Assembly (NCBI GenBank): GCA_964528675.1
Contig: CAZGTU010000014.1
Coordinates: forward strand, 2,083-66,082
DNA length: 64,000 bases
Reading direction: 5' to 3'
Origin: an uncultured Bacteroidaceae bacterium
GTDB lineage: Bacteria > Bacteroidota > Bacteroidia > Bacteroidales > GCA-2748055
A program made the translations under genes and the position numbers. Below, in pieces: positions 39,068 through 48,523 of this stretch; positions within the stretch are counted from its first letter, which is position 1, and each line of letters begins with the position of its first letter. The notes below the pieces were generated by a model, which had not been told where the DNA came from, ran no database searches, and saw nothing but the letters and a program-made list of their open reading frames with translations.

Positions 39068-39198
39068 ACTCCGAAAAAGTGTTATCACCCCTAAATTCCC
39101 TAAAGGGGACTTTGCTAAATCGCTTATTTTTAGCTACTCCCCCTTTCGGGGGTTGGGGGGGGTTAGACGAGATTGTCATGATATACACTTTTCGGAGT
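39068..39198. repeat. 131-bp element bounded by 14-nt inverted repeats with internal hairpins (MITE-like or structured RNA)
   Basis: Ends are CACTCCGAAAAAGTGT and ACACTTTTCGGAGT. Internal stems are CCCCT..AGGGG, GCTAAA..TTTAGC and CCCCC-TTTC-GGGGG followed by a G-run. The track ORF 38988-39188 across it looks like a translation artefact. Confidence 0.4.
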
Positions 39199-39243
39199 AG
39201 GTTCTTAGGTTATTTGTTAAATTGATAAAGATATATGTGATTA

Positions 39244-40614
39244 TTATTCCTTCATTTCTTCTATTAGCTCATTATATTCGACATTCTCCAGTTTAAATAC
39301 TACCGGATTATGCCAATTTTTATTTGTCCGGTGACTGCGAATAGCGTTAATAAAGATACCTTCCTTTACAACCGAAATAACCGGTCTTGGCGAGGTTTTT
39401 AATTTATATTCCATTACTTTATCGTGTTGACCAAGCAGGGAAACCTTTGTTTTATCGTTTCCCTTCAATGAACGGATAAAGAATGTTTTATATCCACCAA
39501 TCCCCCAATTTTTTGCAGGAACAAAAGCATACACGTCATTTCCTGTTTTTGCCCTGGTGAACCAAAAGTAATGCTCCGGTTCATCAAACCACCAGTTCGA
39601 GCTGATATGTTCATTAATTACAGTAAAGGGTTCAACTTCGTAAATAGCATCCTGGTTGGTCATCATCCATAGGGCAATTTCACGGAGCCTGGCTTCCTGC
39701 TTAGGAGGGATTTTTCCATGGCTGTCGGGACTAATGTTTAATAAAAGATTTCCACCTTTTGCTCTGGTTTCTATCAGCATGTTAATAATTTCATCACCGC
39801 CCTTGACTTCTTCATCCGGAACATAAGCCCAATGACTTCCAATTGTGAAACAGGCCTCCCAGGGACCGGGTATGGGCTTCTCTGGTAGTTTTTGCTCAGG
39901 GGTTTCCATACCTCCACGTGTAATTAGCAGGTCAGGATCCACTTCCCAGCAATAATCCGCCACTAAAGTATTGGCATAATCAAGGTACTCATCAATAAAA
40001 AAGATATCTATCTTTCCATATTGAGTAAGCAACTCCCTGATCTGTTGCTTTTCAATTTCCCACATTTCCTCGTTATTGTCAGGATTTCCTTCCGGAAGAC
40101 TTCGTGCAGGAGGTATTCCCTGGATATAATTTAAATAAAAATCATCGGGAGAAAAATACAGCCCAATCGCAATATCATATTTACGGAAAGCATCAACGAC
40201 TTCTTTCAATATGTCTTTTTGATAAGGTGTATTGGTAATTTTGAAATCTACAGTTTCTGTATCCCACATGCAGAAGCCGTTATGGTGTTTCGCGGTAAAA
40301 ACCATGTATTTCATTCCTGCAAGCTTGGCCAGTTTGGCCCATTCTTCAGGATCAAAGCTTTTGGGATTAAAATACTTTGGTAGTTCGTTAAAATACCGGT
40401 CCTGGTATTGTTCGGAGCTAGCGGCTACATTATGACTTATGATAGCGCCTAGCTGCACATCGACACTCCAATGTATAAACATTCCAAAACCCAGGGAATG
40501 GAACCATTCTTTACGCTCCGGCTTATTCTTGTCGATGGTTATTTTTTGAGCACTAATGATCAACGGCAAGATAGCCAGGAGAATAATTGTGAAACAAGCT
40601 TTTTTGATATTCAT
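39244..40614 (-). CDS. GH29 alpha-L-fucosidase, secreted (second intact copy)
   Basis: 456 aa. Motifs WFHSLGFGMFIHWSV, FTAKHHNGFCMWDT and GLYFSPDDF. Has a signal peptide. Confidence 0.9.
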   Translation of the reverse strand: MNIKKACFTIILLAILPLIISAQKITIDKNKPERKEWFHSLGFGMFIHWSVDVQLGAIISHNVAASSEQYQDRYFNELPKYFNPKSFDPEEWAKLAKLAGMKYMVFTAKHHNGFCMWDTETVDFKITNTPYQKDILKEVVDAFRKYDIAIGLYFSPDDFYLNYIQGIPPARSLPEGNPDNNEEMWEIEKQQIRELLTQYGKIDIFFIDEYLDYANTLVADYCWEVDPDLLITRGGMETPEQKLPEKPIPGPWEACFTIGSHWAYVPDEEVKGGDEIINMLIETRAKGGNLLLNISPDSHGKIPPKQEARLREIALWMMTNQDAIYEVEPFTVINEHISSNWWFDEPEHYFWFTRAKTGNDVYAFVPAKNWGIGGYKTFFIRSLKGNDKTKVSLLGQHDKVMEYKLKTSPRPVISVVKEGIFINAIRSHRTNKNWHNPVVFKLENVEYNELIEEMKE

Positions 40615-40632
40615 GAATTATGGATTATTATT

Positions 40633-42150
40633 TTAAGTTAAAACTTCAATTTTGATATTCAGTACTTCCGCTAACCTTTCCATTTCACTAATATAATCAC
40701 CATAAACCATAGAGAAATGATGTCCTGTTTGCTGTGCACGATCAAAATATTTCATAGCATCAGTTACTTTGATTACCACATATAAACTACAACCCCATTG
40801 GTTTAGCCCACCGACATCCTCGATTTTTCCTTTTACTACCAATATTTTATCCGCATTAGGGGTCATACGGCAGAATGTAACAACTTTGTCTTTATCACGT
40901 GAAAAATCATAACGCATGGTTGGTCCCCAGTTTCTTTCTGTAAAACTTACAAGCCGGTAAGGTAAATTTTCACTATCATATCCCATCATCTTTCTTGAAG
41001 GCACATCATGATGGATCTTTAATAGATTTTCTCCGGCATCTTGTATTAAGGTATTACCCATGTATGGCGCCCGATTAGACAAATACATTTGCAGTGCCAT
41101 AGAAAAAAACACATTAACATCAGCTTCACATGCTGACACGTAGCCTTCATCTTTTAATAATGTATGAGTAATACAGGGAGTTACTTTGAATTCCATGGGG
41201 AATTTCGAAACGCAAAATTCCTGACAGGTTGCAGTAAAACCATTACATCCATATTGTTGCATCAGTTTTTTAGCTGTAAGATAGTACATGATACTTGGCT
41301 CAATACTTTCAATATTCATCGTATTTTTTTCAGCATTTTGCATCAGATTTTTTGTAATCTTTTCTGCTTCTTCCTTGTATTTTCCATCCTGATTAACCTG
41401 TTCAAATTCCTTCATCATTTCATCAATCGTGATGTATTGGCTACTAATACCAAACTTATCCTTTAATTTGTTTACATCTATATTGCTACGAACCGTATTG
41501 AATTCAAAATCCCATTTCCCATTGGATACAATCAGCAATTTGGTTTGTTGTAAGGCTTTTTTTACTTTAAGGGAGGTTATAATATCTTCAAGTTGGTCAT
41601 AATCAAATGCGCCAAAAGTTGTTTTACCTTGTGAATTTAAAAATGCATTTACATCAAGTGTTGCGCATGAGTTTCCTACAATTGCAACAGGCTTATCGGT
41701 ATGCTTTTCTAGACCGGGAATTCTATAATGGCTCAATACATAAAGATCAGTTTCATTATCCTGAGTTTTTATTTTGTTCCAGGTTTCTTTATCAATACGG
41801 TGATCTCCTGAAAACTGAACATAAACAGGATCGAGAATCTTTACATTTGTTTTCAATGCAGTGCTTAGATTTTGATACCACTCATCATATAATTGCTTCG
41901 CCTGGTTTACTGCTTTGGCCTTATTCCAGGTTGTAGGATCATTTGCTCTGCAAGGTCCTTCATGTAATTCTGAAGGGATTCGGATACCAAAAAGAGGCTT
42001 AATATTTAGATTTGTATCCAACGGTCTCTGTATATCAAAAATATTTCTGCTTGTAAGCGTGCTGGCAAATACATTCTGACTGATCATATTAGGCACTGTC
42101 ATAAAGCTGCAGATTAAACTGCTGTTTTTTAAAAACACCCGTCTTTTCAT
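40633..42150 (-). CDS. L-fucose/L-arabinose-isomerase-like protein with twin-arginine signal
   Basis: 505 aa. The N-terminus MKRRVFLKNSSLICSFMTVPNMISQNVFAS fits the RR-x-F-L-K Tat motif. ACEADVNVFFSMALQMYL and the C-terminal GHHFSMVYGDYISEMERLAEVLNIKIE resemble COG2407-type isomerases. The family call is from memory. Confidence 0.5.
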   Translation of the reverse strand: MKRRVFLKNSSLICSFMTVPNMISQNVFASTLTSRNIFDIQRPLDTNLNIKPLFGIRIPSELHEGPCRANDPTTWNKAKAVNQAKQLYDEWYQNLSTALKTNVKILDPVYVQFSGDHRIDKETWNKIKTQDNETDLYVLSHYRIPGLEKHTDKPVAIVGNSCATLDVNAFLNSQGKTTFGAFDYDQLEDIITSLKVKKALQQTKLLIVSNGKWDFEFNTVRSNIDVNKLKDKFGISSQYITIDEMMKEFEQVNQDGKYKEEAEKITKNLMQNAEKNTMNIESIEPSIMYYLTAKKLMQQYGCNGFTATCQEFCVSKFPMEFKVTPCITHTLLKDEGYVSACEADVNVFFSMALQMYLSNRAPYMGNTLIQDAGENLLKIHHDVPSRKMMGYDSENLPYRLVSFTERNWGPTMRYDFSRDKDKVVTFCRMTPNADKILVVKGKIEDVGGLNQWGCSLYVVIKVTDAMKYFDRAQQTGHHFSMVYGDYISEMERLAEVLNIKIEVLT

Positions 42151-43006
42151 AATACACTTATATTAAGGTTTTTAAAGCAATGCTCTAAGTTCGCAAAAAC
42201 TGTTTTCAATATTTCTGATATTGATTTATCAACCTCTTAATGTTTATTAATATCGTGCGACTAAAAATCATTATTTTACATTAGATCTTCTGGTATGGCA
42301 TATTCAAAGGATATAATTATTCATTCATTTCAATTTGCAGGCTTGTACCGATGTTTTAGGTATATAGGCACCGATGACCTCTGTAATGGAGTCTGCATAA
42401 ATAAAGCTTTGACCAGGCGATATCCGATTCTTCAACAAACTACAATACATTGTTCCGAACCTGACTGGTAAAACACCTATGTTGGTCGGGATTATCTTTA
42501 TCTTCCCGCTTTTTCTCGTAATGCTATTTGTTTAAGAATACTCTCGTACCTTTTTATTTTTACTCAATTATAGAATCAATCAATTTCAGTTTCTAATTAT
42601 GCTTCTAAGATAAAAGGATTTTGATTAGTGTTTGTACTATATTATCCGACTCAGCGCAATTGGAAACATTGATTATACTGATTGAAACATTTGTTCTAAT
42701 AAATAAGATGTCAATCTACACTCACTACGATCAATATTCTAATAATACCTCAAGAGGCAACCTCCTGATATTATCCGCAATTGCGCCAAATGTCACTGTT
42801 CCATACATTTGATAAAAATGAAAAGAAAAGTAACATTTTCAATAAATATATCATTTGGTAAATATATAGAAGTAGAATTAAATTTGCCAGGAAAGAAACT
42901 GTCGTTCTGGTTGAGCCCTTGGATGGTGAACGATAAATAAAAACATATTTTAATCATTACCAACCCTGACAGGGTTCTGATGTAACCAGGTGACCGGTGG
43001 TTACTA

Positions 43007-43040
43007 TAAAAAAGCCCGGTACAATGCCGGGCTTTTTTTA
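43007..43040 (-). terminator. Rho-independent terminator downstream of tkt (A/T tracts on both sides)
   Basis: AAAAAAGCCCGG-TACAATG-CCGGGCTTTTTTTA, a 7-bp GC-rich stem flanked by A-run and T-run, 27 nt past the tkt stop. Confidence 0.7.
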
Positions 43041-43066
43041 TATTTCTATGATTCTATATAAAAAAA

Positions 43067-45109
43067 CTACCTTGTAAATTTTTCCAGGAAAGCTTTTGCC
43101 TGTATATAAATATTATCGGCTGTGTACCCCAATTTTTCGTCCAGCACTTTATATGGAGCTGAAAATCCAAAGCTTTCCATTCCTATCACCATTCCATTGG
43201 GACCAACCAAACCGGCGAGTGTAACCGGGAGTCCTGCAGTAAGCCCAACGGTCGGGATTTCACGCGGAAGGACTTCTCTCTGGTAAGCAGGGTCCTGTTC
43301 TCTGAAAAGCCCTTCGCTGATGGCAGAAACAACCTGGACCTCAATATTAAGTTTTTCTTCAAGCATTTCTGCACCTTCAAAAAGTGTGGATACTTCAGAA
43401 CCATTTCCAATAAGGATAAGATCGGGAATATTTTCGGTCTTTTTAACAATGTATGCACCTCTTTCGGCCTGCAGGGCATGTTCATAACGGGATTTTCCTC
43501 CGGGGAGATCTTTAATCCCCTGTCTTGAGAGAAGAAGGGCAGAAGGTGTTTCGTCATTTTCAAGCGCCATTTTCCAGGCCACGGTGGTTTCATTGGCATC
43601 GGCAGGACGCAGAACGAGCATAGAATTTTCCCCGCTATGATTTTTAAGGTGTTCAAGCAATCTTATCTGGGCTTCCTGTTCTACCGGCTGGTGAGTTGGT
43701 CCGTCTTCACCTACTCTGAATGCATCATGTGTCCAAACATATTTTACAGGAAGTTCCATAAGTGCTGCAAGTCGTACAGCCGGTTTCATGAAGTCGGAGA
43801 ACACAAAGAAAGTTGCACAAACAGGGATTACGCCTCCATGGAGAGCCATGCCATTAGCAATGGCAGCCATGGTTAATTCGGAAACTCCTGCCTGTAAAAA
43901 AGCTCCGGAAAAATCGTTTTTGGTGAAAGCGCTGGTTTTTTTCAAAAAACCATCGGTTTTATCGGAGTTGGAAAGATCGGCAGAAGTAACGATCATATTT
44001 TCTACCTTATCGGCGAGGTATGCCAGAACAGCACCAGAGGCAGCACGGGTTGCAATGTTTTCTTTTTGAACAACTTCTGAAAAATCCAGTTTGGGAAGCT
44101 TGCCTTCAAAGAAATTATTTAATTTTTCTGCCTGCCCGGGTTTTTCTTTCTCCCATTCTTCTTGTCTGGCTTTTTGGGTATCTATAGCTTCCTTTTTCTT
44201 TTTAATTACCTCATTCACATATTCCTCAACCTCAGGAAAAATCTTAAACGGATTATCCGGATCACCTCCCAGGTTTTTAATCGTTTTCTCAAAAGAAGCA
44301 CCTGCAGCAGAAAGTGGCATACCATGTGTGGATGTCTGTTTTTCAAAAGGTTCACCTTCTTCAGTGAGAGCGCCTTTACCCATAATCGTTTTACCAATAA
44401 TCAGTGTTGGTTTTTCTTTCTCAGCCATAGCATCATCAAGGGCTTTCCTGATCTGGGAATGATCGTGTCCGTCAATGGTGGTGACATTCCAGCCCCATGA
44501 TTTATACTTCATCTCCGTGTCTTCTGCAGTTACAACGCTGGTTTTTGAAGAGAGTTGGATATCATTCGAATCATAGAACATGACCAAATTTCCAAGTCCA
44601 AGGTAACCGGCGATTCTTCCTGCACCCTGTGATATTTCTTCCTGGATCCCACCATCGGAGATAAAAGCATATATTTTATGCTCCATCCAGTCTCCAAACC
44701 TGGCAGCCAGAAAACGTTCTGCAATTGCAGCACCTACAGCATTGGTATGTCCTTGTCCGAGGGGACCGGAGGTATTTTCTATACCCCTTTCAACATCCAG
44801 TTCGGGATGTCCGGGGGTTACACTTTCCCATTGCCGGAAATTTTTGAGATCTTCCATGCTGTACTTTCCATAAAGAGAAAGTACGCTGTATAACATTGGT
44901 GACATGTGACCCGGATCTAGGAAAAATCTGTCTCGATTAATCCACGACATATCATCGGGATCGAAATTCAGATAGTCGGAGAAAAGAATGCTTATGAAAT
45001 CTGCACCACCCATAGCGCCTCCGGGATGTCCCGATTTAGCTTTTTCTACCATGGCTGCGGAGAGAATTCTTATGTTATCCGCTGTAAGTTTTGCAATTTG
45101 ATCACTCAT
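43067..45109 (-). CDS. tkt: Transketolase
   Basis: 680 aa. N-terminus IRILSAAMVEKAKSGHPGGAMGGADFISILF...DRFFLDPGHMSPMLYS with full-length conservation. Confidence 0.95.
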   Translation of the reverse strand: MSDQIAKLTADNIRILSAAMVEKAKSGHPGGAMGGADFISILFSDYLNFDPDDMSWINRDRFFLDPGHMSPMLYSVLSLYGKYSMEDLKNFRQWESVTPGHPELDVERGIENTSGPLGQGHTNAVGAAIAERFLAARFGDWMEHKIYAFISDGGIQEEISQGAGRIAGYLGLGNLVMFYDSNDIQLSSKTSVVTAEDTEMKYKSWGWNVTTIDGHDHSQIRKALDDAMAEKEKPTLIIGKTIMGKGALTEEGEPFEKQTSTHGMPLSAAGASFEKTIKNLGGDPDNPFKIFPEVEEYVNEVIKKKKEAIDTQKARQEEWEKEKPGQAEKLNNFFEGKLPKLDFSEVVQKENIATRAASGAVLAYLADKVENMIVTSADLSNSDKTDGFLKKTSAFTKNDFSGAFLQAGVSELTMAAIANGMALHGGVIPVCATFFVFSDFMKPAVRLAALMELPVKYVWTHDAFRVGEDGPTHQPVEQEAQIRLLEHLKNHSGENSMLVLRPADANETTVAWKMALENDETPSALLLSRQGIKDLPGGKSRYEHALQAERGAYIVKKTENIPDLILIGNGSEVSTLFEGAEMLEEKLNIEVQVVSAISEGLFREQDPAYQREVLPREIPTVGLTAGLPVTLAGLVGPNGMVIGMESFGFSAPYKVLDEKLGYTADNIYIQAKAFLEKFTR

Positions 45110-45197
45110 GTTAAGGAAAGTATTTAAGGTTTGCTTATAAAAACCCCAAAATTAAAGTTTTCTTGGAAAAGAACATAATGTTCTCACCGAATTAAAT

Positions 45198-45205
45198 TAC
45201 TTTTG
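45198..45205 (+). promoter_or_regulatory. Bacteroidota -7 promoter box (TAnnTTTG) for ychF
   Basis: TACTTTTG lies 17 nt upstream of the ychF ATG. Confidence 0.3.
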
Positions 45206-45221
45206 CAAAAATTTTAATTTC

Positions 45222-46319
45222 ATGAGTCTTAGGTGCGGAATAATCGGAATAACAAATTCAGGAAAAACACGGCTATTTAATTGTCTTTCCAACACAAAAG
45301 CCGAGTCTACAAATTTTGCTTTTAGTTCTACCAAATCGAATATTGGAATCATCAATATCCCCGATCCCCGATTGGATAAAATAGCTGAAATCGTAAATCC
45401 CAAAAAAGTAGTGTATGCTACCGTTGATATTGTTGACATTCCGGGTTTGACCAAAGGCAGTAGCCGTGGTGAAGGAGTGGGTAACCAGTTCCTGTCAGAT
45501 ATTCGCAACACTGATGCTTTGATACATGTTCTTCGTTGCTTCGATAGTGATAATCTTCCCCATATTGAGGGTTCGGTTGATCCTGTAAGAGATAAAGAAA
45601 CCGTTGACCTCGAATTACAGATAAAAGATCTTGATTCGGTGGAAAAGAAAATTGAACGACTGGAAAAAGTAGCTAAATCTGGAGATAAAGATGCCCGAAA
45701 AGGAGTGGAAGTACTAAATGTTTACAAAGAGCATCTGGAAAATTTTCAGTCTGCAAGAACTGCCCCGGTCAGGGAAGAGGACCGAAAATATGTTGAAGAT
45801 CTTTTTCTTCTTACCGATAAGCCGGTACTTTACGTCTGCAATGTTGATGAAGGTTCGGCAGTTGAGGGGAATGATTATGTTACGCGCGTAAAGGAGAACG
45901 TAAAGGGTGAAGGCGCAGAGGTTATGGTGATTGCTGCAGATCTTGAAGCAGAGATTTCTGAACTGGAAGACGAAGAAGATAGAAATGAATTTCTTGCTGA
46001 TGTTGGTCTTGCTGAACCCGGAGTAAACAGGCTGGTTCGCTCTGCATACAGTTTGCTGGATCTCCAGTCCTTTTTTACAGCCGGACCAAAAGAGGTAAGA
46101 GCCTGGACCATTCGCAAAGGCATGACTGCTCCCCAGGCTGCAGGCGTAATCCACAGTGACCTGGAAAGAGGATTTATACGGGCGGAAGTTATGAAGTATG
46201 ATGATTTTATCCACTATGGTTCTGAACATGCCTGCAAAGAAGCCGGTAAACTATCCCTGGAAGGCAAGTCCTATGTTGTGAAAGATGGTGATATATTGCA
46301 CATTCGTTTTAATGTGTAA
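45222..46319 (+). CDS. ychF: Ribosome-binding ATPase YchF
   Basis: 365 aa. P-loop GIIGITNSGKT, and the C-terminal TGS-like end VVKDGDILHIRFNV is typical of YchF. Confidence 0.93.
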   Translation: MSLRCGIIGITNSGKTRLFNCLSNTKAESTNFAFSSTKSNIGIINIPDPRLDKIAEIVNPKKVVYATVDIVDIPGLTKGSSRGEGVGNQFLSDIRNTDALIHVLRCFDSDNLPHIEGSVDPVRDKETVDLELQIKDLDSVEKKIERLEKVAKSGDKDARKGVEVLNVYKEHLENFQSARTAPVREEDRKYVEDLFLLTDKPVLYVCNVDEGSAVEGNDYVTRVKENVKGEGAEVMVIAADLEAEISELEDEEDRNEFLADVGLAEPGVNRLVRSAYSLLDLQSFFTAGPKEVRAWTIRKGMTAPQAAGVIHSDLERGFIRAEVMKYDDFIHYGSEHACKEAGKLSLEGKSYVVKDGDILHIRFNV

Positions 46320-46380
46320 TTTTTTTTCACTTTAACTTATTCCTTTTCTTCATTTCATATATTTGGGAAAAAGATCAAGT

Positions 46381-48060
46381 ATGAAGAAAATTTTCCTTTT
46401 CTTTCTTCTAATCATTTCGCCAATTATTCTTTTTTCCCAGAAAGAGACAGGGAAAGTATTGCGTATAGTTAATGATCGCGGGGAGATCTACACAGCCATT
46501 TTGAGATCCGATTTGAAGAAACTTCAGAATCCTTATTCCCTCCCTGGGTTTGATCAGATAAGGAATGATAGCATTTTTCTATACCTGAATAAAATGGATA
46601 TTTCTTTTTTTCAGGATAACATGAAAATTTTGCATTTTCCCGCCCCTCCTTCCACCCGCGTCAGGGTCAAAATGAGTGATGACCGGCAGGAAGTACTCAA
46701 CGGGAATGCCTATCCTACCTATCCATTGTACCTTGAGATAATGAAATATTTCCGTGATTCTTTCCCTGATGTATGCAGTATCGATACCATTGGTTACAGT
46801 GCAAATGATCGATTACTGCTTGCTGCTCGAATTTCACGGACCGGGAATGAACCCGGTGATGTACCTATTGCATTTTATTCTTCAACTATACATGGTGACG
46901 AAACGGCCGGTTATGTTTTTATGCTGATGTTAATTAATCATTTTTTGGATGGTAATAATCCGGAAGTTCAAAAAATTCTGGATGAGATGATTGTCATTAT
47001 CAATCCACTTGCCAATCCCGACGGAACTTATCATACTTCAGATTCCACAGTTTTTGGTGCCACACGAGGGAATGCCAGAGGCATCGATCTCAATCGTAAT
47101 TTTCCGGATCCTGAAAGTGGTAATCATCCTGACGGGAATACCTGGCAACCTGAAACCAAAGCGATGATGAGGTATATGGAGAAATATCCTCCCTCGATAT
47201 CAGCAAATTTTCACAGTGGGGCAGAGGTGGTGAATTACCCTTTCGATACCTGGGCAATAAAACATGCTGATGATGAATGGTTTCATTTTATAAGTGAAGA
47301 GTATGCTTTACTGGCCCGTTCATTAAAACCGGGTTATATGTCTGAGTTCATCAATGGGGTTACAAACGGTTTTTTCTGGTATGAGGTTGATGGCGGAAGA
47401 CAGGATTATGTGACATACTTTCTTCGGGGGAGGGAAACAACCATTGAGCTGTCGAACACCAAACTCCTGCCGGAAGGTGAGTTGAATTCTTTATGGGATG
47501 TAAATCGTGCTTCTATGATCAACTATCTTAAACAGGGAACTTATGGTATCCATGGAGAAATATCAGATACAATAAGCCTTGAGAATATTAGGGCAGAAGT
47601 GAGGGTCAGAAACCATGATAAGCTTAATTCGAGTGTATTTTCCGATTCCATAACGGGAAGATTTTTCCGGTATCTGAAAGGAGGAAGCTATGATCTGGAA
47701 ATAAAGGCGGCAGGATACAGGATTACCAGGGTTAATAATGTAAAAGTGAGTGATTATGACCGGAATCATTTATCTGTGAAAATGATTCCCAAAGATATGT
47801 TGCCCGGAGTAAACAAAATTACCATAGGCCCCAATCCATTCAGACAGCAAACTACAGTTTTTGCCGAATTGAGACAGCCAGATTACATATTTTTTAAAAT
47901 ATATGATGTCTACGGAAATCTTATTTATAATCGATTCAGGTATTTCACTGCCGGTTACCATGAACATCAGATTTCTTTCTCAGGGGGACCAGGAGTATAT
48001 TTATTAAGAATAACTTATAGTTATGGTGAAGAGGATTTCAGGATAGTAAAATTAGAGTAG
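46381..48060 (+). CDS. M14-family zinc carboxypeptidase with T9SS C-terminal sorting domain
   Basis: Motifs HGDETAGY (HxxE), NRNFPD and FHSGAEVVNYP. The C-terminal ITIGPNPFRQQTTVFAEL...GVYLLRITY...FRIVKLE is a T9SS CTD. The track start 46363 is a TTG. The ATG at 46381 gives the signal peptide MKKIFLFFLLI. Confidence 0.8.
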   Translation: MKKIFLFFLLIISPIILFSQKETGKVLRIVNDRGEIYTAILRSDLKKLQNPYSLPGFDQIRNDSIFLYLNKMDISFFQDNMKILHFPAPPSTRVRVKMSDDRQEVLNGNAYPTYPLYLEIMKYFRDSFPDVCSIDTIGYSANDRLLLAARISRTGNEPGDVPIAFYSSTIHGDETAGYVFMLMLINHFLDGNNPEVQKILDEMIVIINPLANPDGTYHTSDSTVFGATRGNARGIDLNRNFPDPESGNHPDGNTWQPETKAMMRYMEKYPPSISANFHSGAEVVNYPFDTWAIKHADDEWFHFISEEYALLARSLKPGYMSEFINGVTNGFFWYEVDGGRQDYVTYFLRGRETTIELSNTKLLPEGELNSLWDVNRASMINYLKQGTYGIHGEISDTISLENIRAEVRVRNHDKLNSSVFSDSITGRFFRYLKGGSYDLEIKAAGYRITRVNNVKVSDYDRNHLSVKMIPKDMLPGVNKITIGPNPFRQQTTVFAELRQPDYIFFKIYDVYGNLIYNRFRYFTAGYHEHQISFSGGPGVYLLRITYSYGEEDFRIVKLE

Positions 48061-48129
48061 AACCTACAGTCATTAGACGAAGCTGTCTTAAAAGTCGCTT
48101 TAATTTTTGATTTAATTATAAGTTGTAAG

Positions 48130-48160
48130 CATCCCTTGTTTGCCATTCCCAAACCCTCCT
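48130..48160. repeat. Half-copy of the 27378 hairpin arm
   Basis: CATCCCTTGTTTGCCATTCCCAAACCCTCCT versus CATCCCTCTGTTTGCCCCACCCAAACCCATCCT, about 26 of 32 by hand alignment. It is also located just 3' of a plus-strand gene. Confidence 0.45.
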
Positions 48161-48523
48161 GCTCGATAAGGTTAAGTGAGGAGAAAAGTCCCTTTCTTTG
48201 ACAATGATGTTCATAACTATTATCCCTGAAAAGAATTATCTTTTTTATTTTTAGACAGTTCTTATCTGAAAAGAACAGAAAATGCCTTCGAAGTAAAAAA
48301 CAAGAAGATATTATTGTTAACCTGGAATTGGATTAATTCTTTTAATAAGCTTAATTAGTAAAAGAGGCACCACAATATTTTTTGCCTGTTATCTGTTTAT
48401 TACAACATACCCGGAGGTATTTCCTGTTCCTTTTAGATATGAGGACGATGGATTCATGAGGTTGAGGGTTTTTCCATCTTTTCCCGGATCCCTTTGAAAC
48501 ATTATGGTCACTGGTTATATTAA

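Noticed and set aside
38988-39188. 66-aa ORF (PPQPPKGGVAKNKRF...) in the 38934-39243 intergenic region
   Set aside because: It spans the inverted-repeat element, and its proline/glycine words come from the CCCC/GGGG hairpin stems. It is treated as a translation artefact of a repeat.
42621-42812. 63-aa ORF in the long AT-rich gap
   Set aside because: It is barely above the length cutoff, its composition is typical of AT-rich non-coding DNA, and it has no recognisable domain.
43186-43656. 156-aa alternative-frame ORF inside tkt
   Set aside because: It lies wholly within a full-length, highly conserved transketolase frame on the same strand. Its sequence is featureless with no motif.
45714-46229. 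171-aa antisense ORF inside ychF
   Set aside because: It is antisense to a well-supported conserved gene, has low-complexity composition and has no start context or motif.
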